A DNA stretch of 63,299 nucleotides, filler included, from Choristocarpus tenellus KU-1152 (taxonomy: Eukaryota; Protista; Phaeophyceae), in assembly GCA_964200185.2 (NCBI GenBank). It is 10 parts of 10 records of this genome, joined end to end, with 100 filler letters (N's around TTAATTAATTAA, not from the genome) between each part and the next. Parts side by side here need not be neighbours in the genome. Positions count along the whole stretch, not along the records: positions 41,495 to 60,459 come from CAXNAD020000503.1; positions 60,560 to 63,299 come from CAXNAD020025158.1; 8 more parts are not named here. One strand, 5' to 3'. Positions 51,385 to 63,299 of the stretch are shown here, piece by piece (within the stretch, counting starts at the first letter, position 1; the number at the start of each line of letters is the position of its first letter). The notes beneath the pieces are model-generated. The model ran no database searches, had not been told where the DNA came from, and saw only the letters and a program-made list of their open reading frames with translations. The translations under genes were made by a program, and so were the position numbers.

Positions 51385-52839
51385 TGGTGATGTTCCAATG
51401 AGGAAGTCATAGGCAATACAAGAGACAAGAGGTTAATGTTCGTAAAAATGGAAGAGAAATAGGAGAATATTAATGTATGTATGGCTTGAGGTCTTGATAT
51501 GTAGCACTATGAGTGGTAGCGTGCAAGCTAGAAATGGAAGAGATTGGATCTTCAGACAGAACAAGGACGTCAATTGTAATGTCTAACATGCTTGGCCCCA
51601 CCTGTGGTGTAGGGAACCTATCCCAGGAAAAAGGTTCCATGGTAAGCGTGGGCACTAGAAACGGACTAGGCGATGGGGTGGATACACATAAGGGGTATCA
51701 TTGAAAGACAAGTACAGAGGAGCAGAAAATACTCACAGGAGGAGAGCTGATTTGCAACCTTGAGGATACAGTGTGTCAACCCTGTTGTGTGCAAATGAAG
51801 TCCTGTGGTATTAGTAACAGTTAATTTTTGCAGTTGTGAATTAAAATAATTGGATTATTCCATGGTAGAAAGTTTCACACTCTGACGTGGAATATTCAAT
51901 ACTTAGTACTGGGAATGGTGTATCCATGCGTAAGCTCTAAAGCTGAAGCCTAATATCTGCGATTCTGTATTTTGTCACTAGACTATCAACTAAATGCTGC
52001 AGCATTGCCCTACCCAATGTAAAATTCATCACTGCTGCTACATGATGTATTTACTGCCATGAAGTGTATGTGCAGTACTAACTATTGACTCTTGGAGTAT
52101 CTACCCTTTGGGTAGAATAGATCTTTGTATGCCTCCCCATACAAGGCTACATACCAGTTGGTGATTCAAATTTCACAAACCACACATTAATACCTTATGC
52201 AGTACTAGTGTATCCTCCTACACCCTACATTGGAACTCTGGCTTACTATTAGGAGAACTATGGTTGTGATGTGATACTAAGGGTTGGGGTTTAATCAGTT
52301 AGCTCTCATAAGTGTCATACTGCAGTAAGTGATCACAATTTCCACAACGACACCTCCTTCACCGTTGTGTAACAAGTTGAGCCTGTTGACCATCTGAAGG
52401 AGGGAAGGGACACTAGCACTTGTTCCCCCCCTAGTCTCATACAAAACCTCTAATAGTTAATGCTGACCAAGTTCCACGGCTTTCCTAAAGCAGCATCTGA
52501 ACCTTTTGTCATGTGAAGTAGGTGTACCTCCTGGCTTATGGTAGAATCTACCAAACTTTGTGATAGACTTGGATTGATGCTTCCCATACAATTTGGTATT
52601 TTATGGATGTAATGATGTAGTAGACAACATTTGACTTGAATGCACCAAGTGATCAAGTGAGGTAGGTAGTGCTATCATGATATCTGCAAGTAATCAACAG
52701 ACATGTATCTGCGCTTTAAGAGCATGTTGAATGTTCAGTACTCCAGAGATGGTTGACCATCAATAACATCAAAAAGTGGGTAGAGTGTACTAGGCTATTT
52801 GTATGTTTGTATAGTATGCAGTACAGGATAATATGTTGA

Positions 52840-52919
52840 CCGCTAGTAGTGTACAGGTAAAGGACATATCTAGTAGCCACTAGTAGTGTACAGGTAAAGG
52901 ACATCTCTAGTAGCCGCTA
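52840..52919. repeat. 37-bp tandem duplication
   Basis: CCRCTAGTAGTGTACAGGTAAAGGACATMTCTAGTAG occurs twice. Confidence 0.85.
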
Positions 52920-55900
52920 TTGTCCGTGTGTTTGTGATAGAACAAAGAGCTTTGTGGACAACTGGTGTACCAGAGAAGGTACCATGATGGTTTACATCAT
53001 AGTATGTTAGTGTAAGTGTAACCAGATCAGGGCACATGCACATTCAGTAATTAATGCCTGGTGTATGTTGCTTTTCTCATTGATCTTTTGTCAACACAAT
53101 CATCGTTCTTGTATCCCATTTTTATTATTTTGATATAAAGTTATATTATGTGTTGAGTGGTGTTAGGATGGATGGATCAGATATGACTCTTACTTTCAAT
53201 TTATTTTCCTGTGCTCCTTGTTGACACTGGTGATATTAATGATCTTCTGTGTCAACTATTGAATGCTAGTGAGCAATCCAGGGTTTTTCTTGGCTCCCTC
53301 TCTTAGTTATATTGAGGTTTCCCTCTCCTTTTCATACTTTATTTTCTATATTGTTATTGTGAATTTCAAGTATTGTTTTTTGCTTCCCTAAATGCCATTT
53401 GACCATGGGTTGGAATCACTTGAACCAATGTTGAAAGTAGATATAATAATAGTCATAGATGTAGTAGCCATTTCTGTACCATACTAATCTACTATCTTCA
53501 TTGTATAGTGACCTCCCATTTGAAAAATAGGAGGTTTACTGCTACTGCACCACTTTTACAAGGTATCATGGATTGTTGTGTGCAGCACTGCACCATACTG
53601 CACAATTGTCATTAGAGTTCGAAATTAGAACTATTCCATATTTTCTTATAATTTTTACTAACATCAAGAATCCAGGTGTTAGATTTGGTAAGTTATTTTC
53701 TTGCATATATTCCTGCTTCACCCTCCCCCAGAATTTCCTTGTGGCAGGCACATCATGCTTCAATTCAAAGCAAGTACTTGAGTATATATTGGAAACTTTG
53801 GAGCCCTTTTAAACTCTAGAGTACAACATACACCTAGTATCACTGAACTTTTGGATTCAAACCACTTACTAGTGGCAACCTATTGATATCTCTATACCAT
53901 ATTGTGCCAGGATAGTCCAGTGCAGTACCTAACTATGGGTACCATCTCAAGGAGTTTTATTGTGGTTGCATCAATGGAACATCACTTGATGTCGGCAGCC
54001 CCATGCCCTACAGAGCATCACCAGTGTTTTGAATTGTTTAGTTTATAGTTGGCAGTATGGTATGAGTGAGGAACAAAGTGTTGAGGGTATGTGTCAAATT
54101 ATTTGTACCGGTAACAGTATATGGTGTAACATCGTACTACTTCACCAATTGCTGACTGCTTAATTGGCAAAAAGGAGAAATTCCTGGATTAGTGGGTAGG
54201 TAGTCCATCAGAAAAAGTCTTTTGAACCTTGAACATCACCCCTTCCCTCCCTGACCTCCATCCAATATCAGAACCTCTAGAGATATGTAGCACCACAGAG
54301 CACTGTAGACAATTCTGTAGTGCTACGAACTACAACACATCAAGTTTAACCCTAATGTAGCACAGAGCCAAGGACCATCCAGCCACATCCTCTTGTGCAC
54401 AATATTTCCCAGTGTATTTCCTACAACATGATGAAGGGGTTGTGCTTTGATTGTCACACTCCAGTGGGGAAGATGAAGAGTGAGAGCAGCAACACCAATA
54501 ATGAGGTCATGTATCAAGGACTTTTTTCTTCCAACTGGAAACAGTGGCAACAGCCTTGTCACCAACAAGACACACCTACCTGTCTGGCACAGGATTATTG
54601 CATTGAGAGAGAGAGTAGAGACTGAGTGTGGACAGAGTGTGGGCATTCAGCAAGGAGAGAAGGATGAGGGGGACTGACCTTGGCTAGGGTAGGCATTGAA
54701 AACAATTCAGATCAATTGACAAGTATAGTGAGATCCAGACCAACAGCACCAGTAGGGCTCAGGAATGGACACAACTAGGAGAGCATGAGGATGTAGTTGA
54801 GTCTTGGCACAAGACCTCAGGGATGAACTAGTGGAGGTAGCTTGTGTTACAAGCACTGCCAGTAAGATTGGTGAAGCTCATATGTGGCACAAAATCAAGA
54901 AATAAACCACTATCCAATGTATTACATACAAGGACTTTTGCTCTGCATGTTATCACCTATCAGGATGTTGTCAACCATACCATGATAATCGGGCACACCT
55001 ATGTATAAATCACCATGATTACACAAGGGTCTACTCGTTGTAGGGATGCTGTATCTTCCCCTCCTCCCAAAATAGCTTGTTCATTGCGGCACATGAACCA
55101 AGTCATATTATCTCTCCTCCACCACAGTTGGTAAATTATACCAAAATTCTAAAACATTCTTTCATGATGAATGAAACATTGTTGACCTCAAAACTGTCCC
55201 TTCCATTACTACAGAGTACCACAAACATAAATTGGTACCACACATGCACTACCATTTCCTCCCCTGAAACATGTAAATACCGCAAGGACAGGATGTCAGT
55301 ACAAAAAATAAATAATAGTAAATAATCTGCATTACTAGACAAACTTTGCCATTTCACACAACAAAGAAATCCATGTTCTCGGAGCACTTCCTAAAATATT
55401 TCAACCAATATCAGAGACATACTAAACATCACCCATTTCAGGCACAGAGCTGCCTGCTCAACACGCCTTGTTCTATAGCTTTCTGTTATAATTGGGTGTA
55501 ATGCTAACACAGGTCCCCTCCTCACCTGCAACCTCAGTCATACATAATATATACTCTGTTTTGCATGGAACAAAGGCCTGGCTGGTGAGCATAGAGCAAG
55601 ATTGTTGTTACTGGCCGCGTTGTGCTTTTCTTTTTTAAAAAGAACCAATCACTTCAAAGCATGTATTATTATTTTTTATACATACACACCATCTCGATGT
55701 TGAAACAATCCTATGTATAAATAACGTCGGTAATGTGATAGAGTGCCTCCAACACCAACAACGAGAGCTCTTCCCCATCATAATACAACAAGGACAAGAT
55801 GAAGTATTTCTGCTGTGCTGTCCTTGGCAATCTGCACATGCACAATCATTGCATCCACCATGTATGTACATCAAAAATACATAGGCGCAGGAGGACCAGG

Positions 55901-58900
55901 GAGCTGCAGAGACACAGGTTATACACAGGTTAAATGTTGTGCGGAGTTGACCTCCTTGTACACAGTTCTGGACTGCAGTTGTCATACTTTTCCAGTCAAG
56001 TACTTCTTCAACGCTTTGACGCATATTGCCTGCTGCCACAACTCCACTATTGAATGAAGCAAGCGCAGGTGCGCTGCACACAAAGAGCTAGCTATCCCCA
56101 GGACTTGCTGCTTTCGAGTATTGTAGCAGGTAGGTAGAGTGTGCCCCACCTATTGGCAGGCAACACAGTGGGCTTGTTATCTCTGCCTGCCTCCTTTTGA
56201 TGCATGCTTGTCACCAATGGAACAAGGTTTAGTGGTATTCCCTATTCCCATTATGCTAATAATACCAATAGTGAGAGTTGTGTTTGGGTGTATAATAGCA
56301 GGGGAGAGAAAGGGTTGTTGCTGTATACGCCAGCGAAGAGCAGTGTTTTGGCACCTGCGAAAAGGGCATTTCTTACTGCTGCAACCTCATCTAGTAGCGC
56401 AATTGATAGGGAGGAGGGCAAATGAACAGTGACATAAAGGGCCTCCAATAGATCATCGCATCATACAGCCCTTCCTTGCTACATATGTATGTGGCAGCAG
56501 GATCCATGCCATCCCCCCCTCCATGGTACATAGGAAGCCTCTTCTTCTTGTGGAATGATGTTGACACGGTTGGTGTCTTTCACTGCAGGGGGACACCATG
56601 CATCACATTATGGCCTTCATCAGAGCCCTCATACTTGACACTTCATATATTCTTATACCTGTGGTGTCTGGTACCTCTCTCTCTCTCTTGACACGATACA
56701 GTACAATGAGCTACTGTAGCTTCCTTGATTTGTTTTTGGTAAACTCTACATCGATGGCAGACATACATACCAACAGACAAAAGGCATTAATTGTCGACAC
56801 AACTGCATGCCATCTGCGATCTCAAGCACAACCTGAAAAAATTGAAAGGAGGAAAGGGATAGTTTTGCCTCATGTGTGCCTTGAAATTGCTTTGTTTTAG
56901 TCAGCTCAGGCGTTTGTGCAGTTGTTGCCCCCATCACACAATACCTGATTACCTCCCTGCTCGCTACCTACGGGAGATCAGGGGGGTCTACAGATTCACG
57001 TATCTCTCAAGCAAGCTCCAGACCCATCGCATGTCAGATGGACACCCGGAAGCCGGAGGTGAAGGCCGTGTGCCCCAACACGTGCTCGGCGTACTAGACC
57101 TCCGGAGCAGATCTTACTTGAGCCATCGGCCATCCTAAGGTTACATCTGGTTTGAAGAAAATGCAGCTAAACTCGAATGCTTCTTGATAACTTGAGATAC
57201 CCACATGTATGACATCCCAAACACCTGCGCCTATTACTTTTCAATACTTTCCCCGCCGCCCCGCCCCCTCCCCTTCAATCAAGTCGACCTGCCAACGTAC
57301 AGTGGTAGTCAAGTCTCCTCACCAGCAACAGCCGAAATGATGACCTTCGGACAAACAAGAATCTATTTTACTCCTTTCAAAACAAATCACAACGAAATGG
57401 TCGCAATCAACCCCTCAGCACAACAACAAAAAATGAGGCCACGAGGCCACGAGGCCACGAGGCAGTACAGGAGAAGGAAAGGGCGACGCGCCGCAAACGT
57501 ACTACTGTGGATACGTAGTACTACTCTACCATCTTGCCCGGCACGACGCTCGTTCGTCAAAACAGAGATTTCTTCAGCCACAGCTCCGTCCTAACGAATC
57601 ACTCCTTTGGATCAGTAAACGCTCTCCTCGTGCACAGATCAGATAGCCGATGCGACTGGTGTTCACACTAGTAGCAGCAGTAGTAGTGTTGTCGCAATAT
57701 CACTCGAAAGAAAACCGTACACAATACCGAAGGAGTCACCTACAGTAAGTGGTCATCAACAATAACGGAGGAGTCGCCTACAGTTGCGGGACTCCACTTG
57801 AGCAGACAGAGAGTAGTAGTAAAGCATATGTATAGTAGCAGTATTGGTGATAGCATTATAGCAATAATAGCATCTCCCACGCTTCAGCAATACGGCAATC
57901 AACGCTTACTTACTACTTACTTGTCGCCAACCGAGACTCTTAGCCCTTGAGAACGAGAAAATATTGCTGTGATAGTAGTACAAGGTCCCTCTCATCCACC
58001 TTACTTGATGTCGCTCCTCGGCCATCCTGTGGCTTCTTGTGTCCTTCCTGCACGGACTTCCCGCCGGAGAGGCACGCCTACCCAACCCAATCCCACATTT
58101 GGGTTGCAGCGTATGGCCTCGTCTCGCTCAACCACCCCACCCCACCCCACCCCCCCCACCAGGCATGCACGCTCGCAACCGCGGTGGCTACATCCGTTGC
58201 CAGGGTATTATCGAATTCAACAGGTGAAGAATATCCCGTGAAACCTTCCTGGTGCTCCCTGTTCCCGTGTGTGAGTCCAGTCACTATATCGCCTGGAAAA
58301 GAAGGACGCAGGTCAGAGTTATAGGACACCGTTTCTAGTTTGTTTTTGAACTTCAAGTTATACTACAGTATGTATTGTTTGTATTAATTATAGTAGTAGC
58401 GTCCACGTATCATGGACATACATACATCTAGGTACATATGTAGTCGAGTAAAACGTGAGTGCCTATTATCGTCGTACTTCTATTACAGTATTATTAGTAG
58501 TGATAGTATCCAGTGCTAATGCTGATACACCCGATCCTGTCAATCCCTGATTTCCAGGCATATGCTGATTTTTTATGTTGAGATCACATTATTGGAGGCG
58601 TTCAATGTGTACCTATGGGACATGGTATAGCGTTTCTGGCAGAGCCTCTTCACACTTTAAGTTGAAGGACTGGGGTCTAACATTGACGTCTTGAATATTC
58701 CTCAACTTAGCAAGGAAAAGGCTGAGAAGGTGGATATGCTCCCATCCATGGAATATGCTGGTAAATGCAGCGAAACACCGTGCTGGAACGGAATTAGTTT
58801 ATAGGGCTTCAGTGGCAGAACCATAAATTCATGGGGGCTGCCCCATTTTGCTTGAGATTTTTGTGGGTAACCTTTTCGGGTGTCTTCCCAATGATAGACC

Positions 58901-60459
58901 CATAACATAAGAAAAATTGTAAATACATCTTGTTTCTTTGTTGGGGCTGCAAAAGTTGCGTCATATTTAATTCCGAACAAAATAATTATTCCTCAATTAT
59001 AAAGTTAAATACATATGAAGTCAGCGGAGGATTTCTAATAGTAGATGGAGCTCTGCATGTGTTGTTCCCCAGCGATAAACAAGCACAAATAAAGGTGAAG
59101 TAATTCTGTGAGGTGAATTACTATCTGATGTATCAGTGCTTTTTCCGAACTTCTGTCGGTGAAGCATACAAATGAGATCATTAACTCTTGTGTTCAGATA
59201 AGCACAAATGGTGTGGCAAACTATGACTGCATTGAATGTGGCTGGGTAAGGTTCGTACCATCTGCTCAGAAAGGCCCAAACGTCTCTTGATGATGATAGC
59301 ATATGATTGTTGAACAAACCTTTCCAGTATCTTTCATCAATTTACAAGGTTTGATTCCCTGTTACCACTGATATCTCTTCAAGAGAATTCTGTTACACTT
59401 TTCCACATGAGAAGCTCATTGGGTTGTGCGCACCTATTCAGTCCCGTCTTTTGGCTGTATATCACAAACACGAGAAATCAAGATGGTGAAAACTTTGGGG
59501 CTTGTTAAGAGAAGATTTGACAGCAGAGATCAAGCAGCAAGTGATGATAATGGTGATCCTAAAACGCAAAAGCACGGCAGGAATGGAGGTAATACAGTAA
59601 GTACAGTTAGTCATACCACAATGGAGGTAATACAGTACAATTAGTCATACCACAACAGTTTGCAATTCTTACCACAAGCAGTGTAGAGAGTGTGTGTGTA
59701 GTGCCTCTGACCACGGGTGAGGATAATCCCAAGACAATTATTGTGACACAAAACCACTTCAAAAAAATCACTATGCCTGCAACAAGCTATTTCAAAGATT
59801 TTAACCTCAACAAAAAATTCAAAGATTGCATACAAAACATGGAGAAATGAGGTGGGTATTTCTCCAAAAGTACTTGTTCAAACATACATTGTTCTCAAGC
59901 TCCACCTGTCCTGAATGATGTTGCCTTCTGCTGAGATTTACCAACAGAGGCAAAGACACTGAACACAATAGGACCCTCATATGATACTGAGTATATTGTA
60001 TCTATGAGGATTCTGTTTGTTGTGTAAAAGTCCTTGTGTACACCTGACGTTTACACCAAGATATCAGTTGAGCAGACCAGCCTAGAGACAAGTTCATGAT
60101 ATGTTGGGATCGTTTTTGTTGTTTGTACACCAATGTGTGGTGGACTGACCAGACACATCAACCAAAGCAAAACATTTCCTCGCCAAGGCTTATGCCTTTA
60201 AAGACAAGGCACAAACAACATGCCTGTTTTGTAGTACAACTCCACAAAACACCACCCTATTTCTATTGTATGGGAACAAGAAGCTTTGTCCCTAAGATAA
60301 ACTAGGGGCTGTTATGACAAAGACAAAGCATACAAGCACTCTGGAGGATCTCTTTCCCTCAAAGAGACTTCTTGCTATTCTGGACCTGTAGTCTTTGATT
60401 GTCCAGGGGTATATATGTACTAAGCAGGGGAGTGTGTGTGTGAGTGTATGGGTGGGGGG

Positions 60460-60559
60460 NNNNNNNNNNNNNNNNNNNNNNNNNNNNNNNNNNNNNNNNN
60501 NNNTTAATTAATTAANNNNNNNNNNNNNNNNNNNNNNNNNNNNNNNNNNNNNNNNNNNN
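60460..60559. other. Artificial contig-joining spacer
   Basis: N44-TTAATTAATTAA-N44. Confidence 0.97.
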
Positions 60560-60606
60560 ATTTAAATTCTTTTTCCCCATTTTTCTGCTTCTGCCCCAAA
60601 TTAACA

Positions 60607-60649
60607 TCCTGGAGTAAATCCACCCCCCCCCCCCCAGATACTTTGGGTG
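60607..60649. mobile_element. Terminus of a poly-C-containing MITE-like element
   Basis: CCTGGAGTAAATCCA-polyC-AGATACTTTG, resembling 29864-29903. Confidence 0.5.
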
Positions 60650-63299
60650 TTTTCTACAAGTACAGAATAGCCTTTGCTTTATTGTGGCGTCACTCTGTTG
60701 AAGGGGGGAATATCAAGTTTGTGTAACTGTTGTGCAGATAAAAAGCATTAGAAAGAGCTTACAACCCAGGGCAATAAGGATGACCTAGAGTTCCAAAGGG
60801 TCCAATCCTGCCTACTTCTCCATTGCTTTGGCTCTGAATTATTTTCAAAATCCTATATGTTTTGGTATTGTGCCAGCAATCATTTTTGTACTCAAGGTAA
60901 ATACTAAGATAATTAATTTTTCAAGTATATTAACACCACACATCAATTTAGCTGATGCCATTCTTCTTAACGCCCTTCTGCTTGGAGATCTGCCTAAGAA
61001 ATTGATTTGTGTGTATATATATACATGATATCAAAATGAAAAGGAAAATTTTGGAACACCAGAGTTACATGTACTCAATTGTTTCGCAGGCAGAACCCCC
61101 ACCAGAAGAACTAGCAAACACGAAGTACTGCAGTTCAGAAACAAAACTGGCAGGCACATTAATTTACGTTCCTACTTCTCAGCTCTTGGAAATGTTGAAT
61201 TCGAAAATCGCGAAAAGCAAGATGAAGCTGTTTAATCAATTTTGACTATTAAGGCACATGATTCAACCTGCCCAGACAACACTTCACAGCACTTTCTTCA
61301 ACTCTTCATTAGTTGTAATTCTTTGTGGAATCCAACCCTTGTCCTTGTACTCAAAACAAATGCCAGGAGGTAGACACCCTGGATGCTACTATCGGAATGC
61401 TGGAAGTGCATAGAATGTCCTTGGTTTCATCTTTTCACACTTGTCTTCCCGCGGTCTTGCAGCTCAAGTACTGTGGCTGTATCCACCCTGACTGGATAAC
61501 ACCTCTTGTGCCCTACCATGTTTCACAAGAAACACGAGAGGAGTGAGCCACGAACATAGAACACTGTGTGGAATGTGGGGTATGGTCTTGCGAATCCTCA
61601 TAAGAGCAGTAGTGTTCATCTTTACGCTTGAGGTGATTTGAGCATGCCACTTGGGACAATGCATTATGTTGTTCTATGCTAATTGGATCGCTTACCTTGA
61701 AGTGGCATCATATCTGCTGACATGCGACCATCTTTCAGCCCATTTGTCTCTTCTCTTTATCACCTCTTCTCAACCAACCCCTGCACTAAGTGAAACGGCT
61801 AGTCGTTGATTTGATACTACAATTTCATTCAGGTGACTGTCAAAAAGACAAATGTATGACCAGACAAGCAAAATGGTCAGAAAGTAGATCACTGTTGTGC
61901 TGGCGAATGTTGAATGTGGTCCGACATAAGAAGAATGTTTTTTTTTTGGTCGACCTCACAATATTTTTGTAGATGCATCCATCCACTGTACAACAGACAA
62001 TGTGTGTTCCAACGGTTGCTCCAAGAGTTTTTTTTTTATGAAGACCCGTGAGATAAAAATCTGTTCGTAAATAAAGGTTGCGTATAGATCATTGCTTGCA
62101 ATGGAGTTGAGCGATCATTCCATTGAATGCGTCCGTCTCTTGGGTCCTTCGATAAACCGATCAGAATCCTGCATGGATACTCTTTTTAAAAAAAGCTCAA
62201 AATGTCTAGAAACGGATGACCAGGACATATTGTATGTGTCTGATGTAAATAGATTGGACTCCTTCTCTTGCATGTAGATTTGCCCTTGGACTTATCTACA
62301 AAATTCCTAGGTCCGACGTTCACTGACAAAATTTGTTCGGAAGTATAATAAAAAAAATTGCCCATCGTATTGCTCCCACACAACAGGGAGGTTTGCTTGT
62401 CCCCAAACCTCAGCACAAACAAACAATTCGCAGTACTTGGTCAGAAGTAGTGGCTTTTGAAGGCTTCCCACCATTCAAGTCCACTACAGGTAGCCAGGTT
62501 TGCAGTCTGCCACACACAATTCTCTTTGATCTTCATCGGTTGGGAGGATTCTGAACCAGCCTTCCCAGTACAAACCAAGCATCCCACAGAGAGAGAAGTG
62601 GACCCTTCTCTCGCTCCCACAGAGTACTTCTTCCCTCCCTGTTTGTGCTGTTCAGCACCCTGCAATGAGTCACATTCTGTAGGATGCAGGCAATCATACA
62701 TGGTATTCGCAATACTTCTGGTAGCTGTGCCGTTTTGGTGCCCAGTTTGCCGTATTTCAATGCCACCTTCTTTCTCTCATGCTATTTGTCCATCCACAAT
62801 AATCTGTACATACAGTTCCTTTCCTTCAGTGTCTTCCACTACCCCCCCCCTGCCTCGGCTCCACTACTTGACCACAGAGCAACCCTTAGGAAACCAGAAA
62901 GCTCAATTAACACATACGTAGAATATCCAAAAAATCTACAATCAACGTCTCAGGCACATGCCTCAATTCTTCCTCTCTATTAATAGCTATAAATTACACC
63001 AATGAACCTAAACCGCCCCTCACCCTTGGAATGCACTGGGCTCCATCACTGGGGTGTATCTACAAGTTTGTTAACAAAAACATGAAACGGTCAATAGTCA
63101 GTTGGAACATTGAAACATGCTAGCCACAGCAGCGTGGGGAGTCCTGGTAGTGTCAATAGTGGGCAGAGACTCTCTAAATGCCTGGATACCTTCAGGAGTC
63201 AACTCAACAACTTGCGGCCCTTTTGTGCCCTCCCCTGTCTCCTTCCCCCTGCCATGAAAGATGCAACAAATGACACAAATATCGTGGGGGGGTAGTAGG

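Noticed and set aside
58702-59317. Two minus-strand ORFs as a gene or viral insert
   Set aside because: No recognisable motifs or consistent exon structure.

Overview
This is eukaryotic, intron-rich nuclear DNA, not a prokaryotic locus. It is also not one contiguous region: nine artificial 100-nt spacers (N44-TTAATTAATTAA-N44, stops in all six frames) join ten short contigs, so adjacency across a spacer has no biological meaning. TTAGGG repeats, GT-AG introns and the retroelement types suggest a stramenopile such as a brown alga or relative (inference only). Complete genes I could build by hand: two unrelated aldo-keto reductases (2 and 11 exons), an intronless bacterial-like alpha/beta hydrolase, and a 3-exon prokaryotic-type TRIC/UPF0126 membrane protein with an N-terminal extension. 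Partial genes: glutaryl-CoA dehydrogenase, a VHS-domain protein, a kinesin and one asparaginyl-tRNA synthetase exon. Mobile DNA includes a decayed Ty1/copia, two decayed CRE-like (RLE-type) non-LTR fragments, and a MITE group with ends resembling GAGTCAAAGTATCT and 3-bp TSDs, including a MITE inside a MITE inside the copia. There is also a ~60-bp hairpin repeat found upstream of several genes, a 43-bp minisatellite and patchy CpG depletion. I found no CRISPR array, rRNA or convincing tRNA, and no clearly novel multi-gene system. The best leads are the horizontal-transfer candidates, the promoter-proximal hairpin repeat and the CpG pattern.
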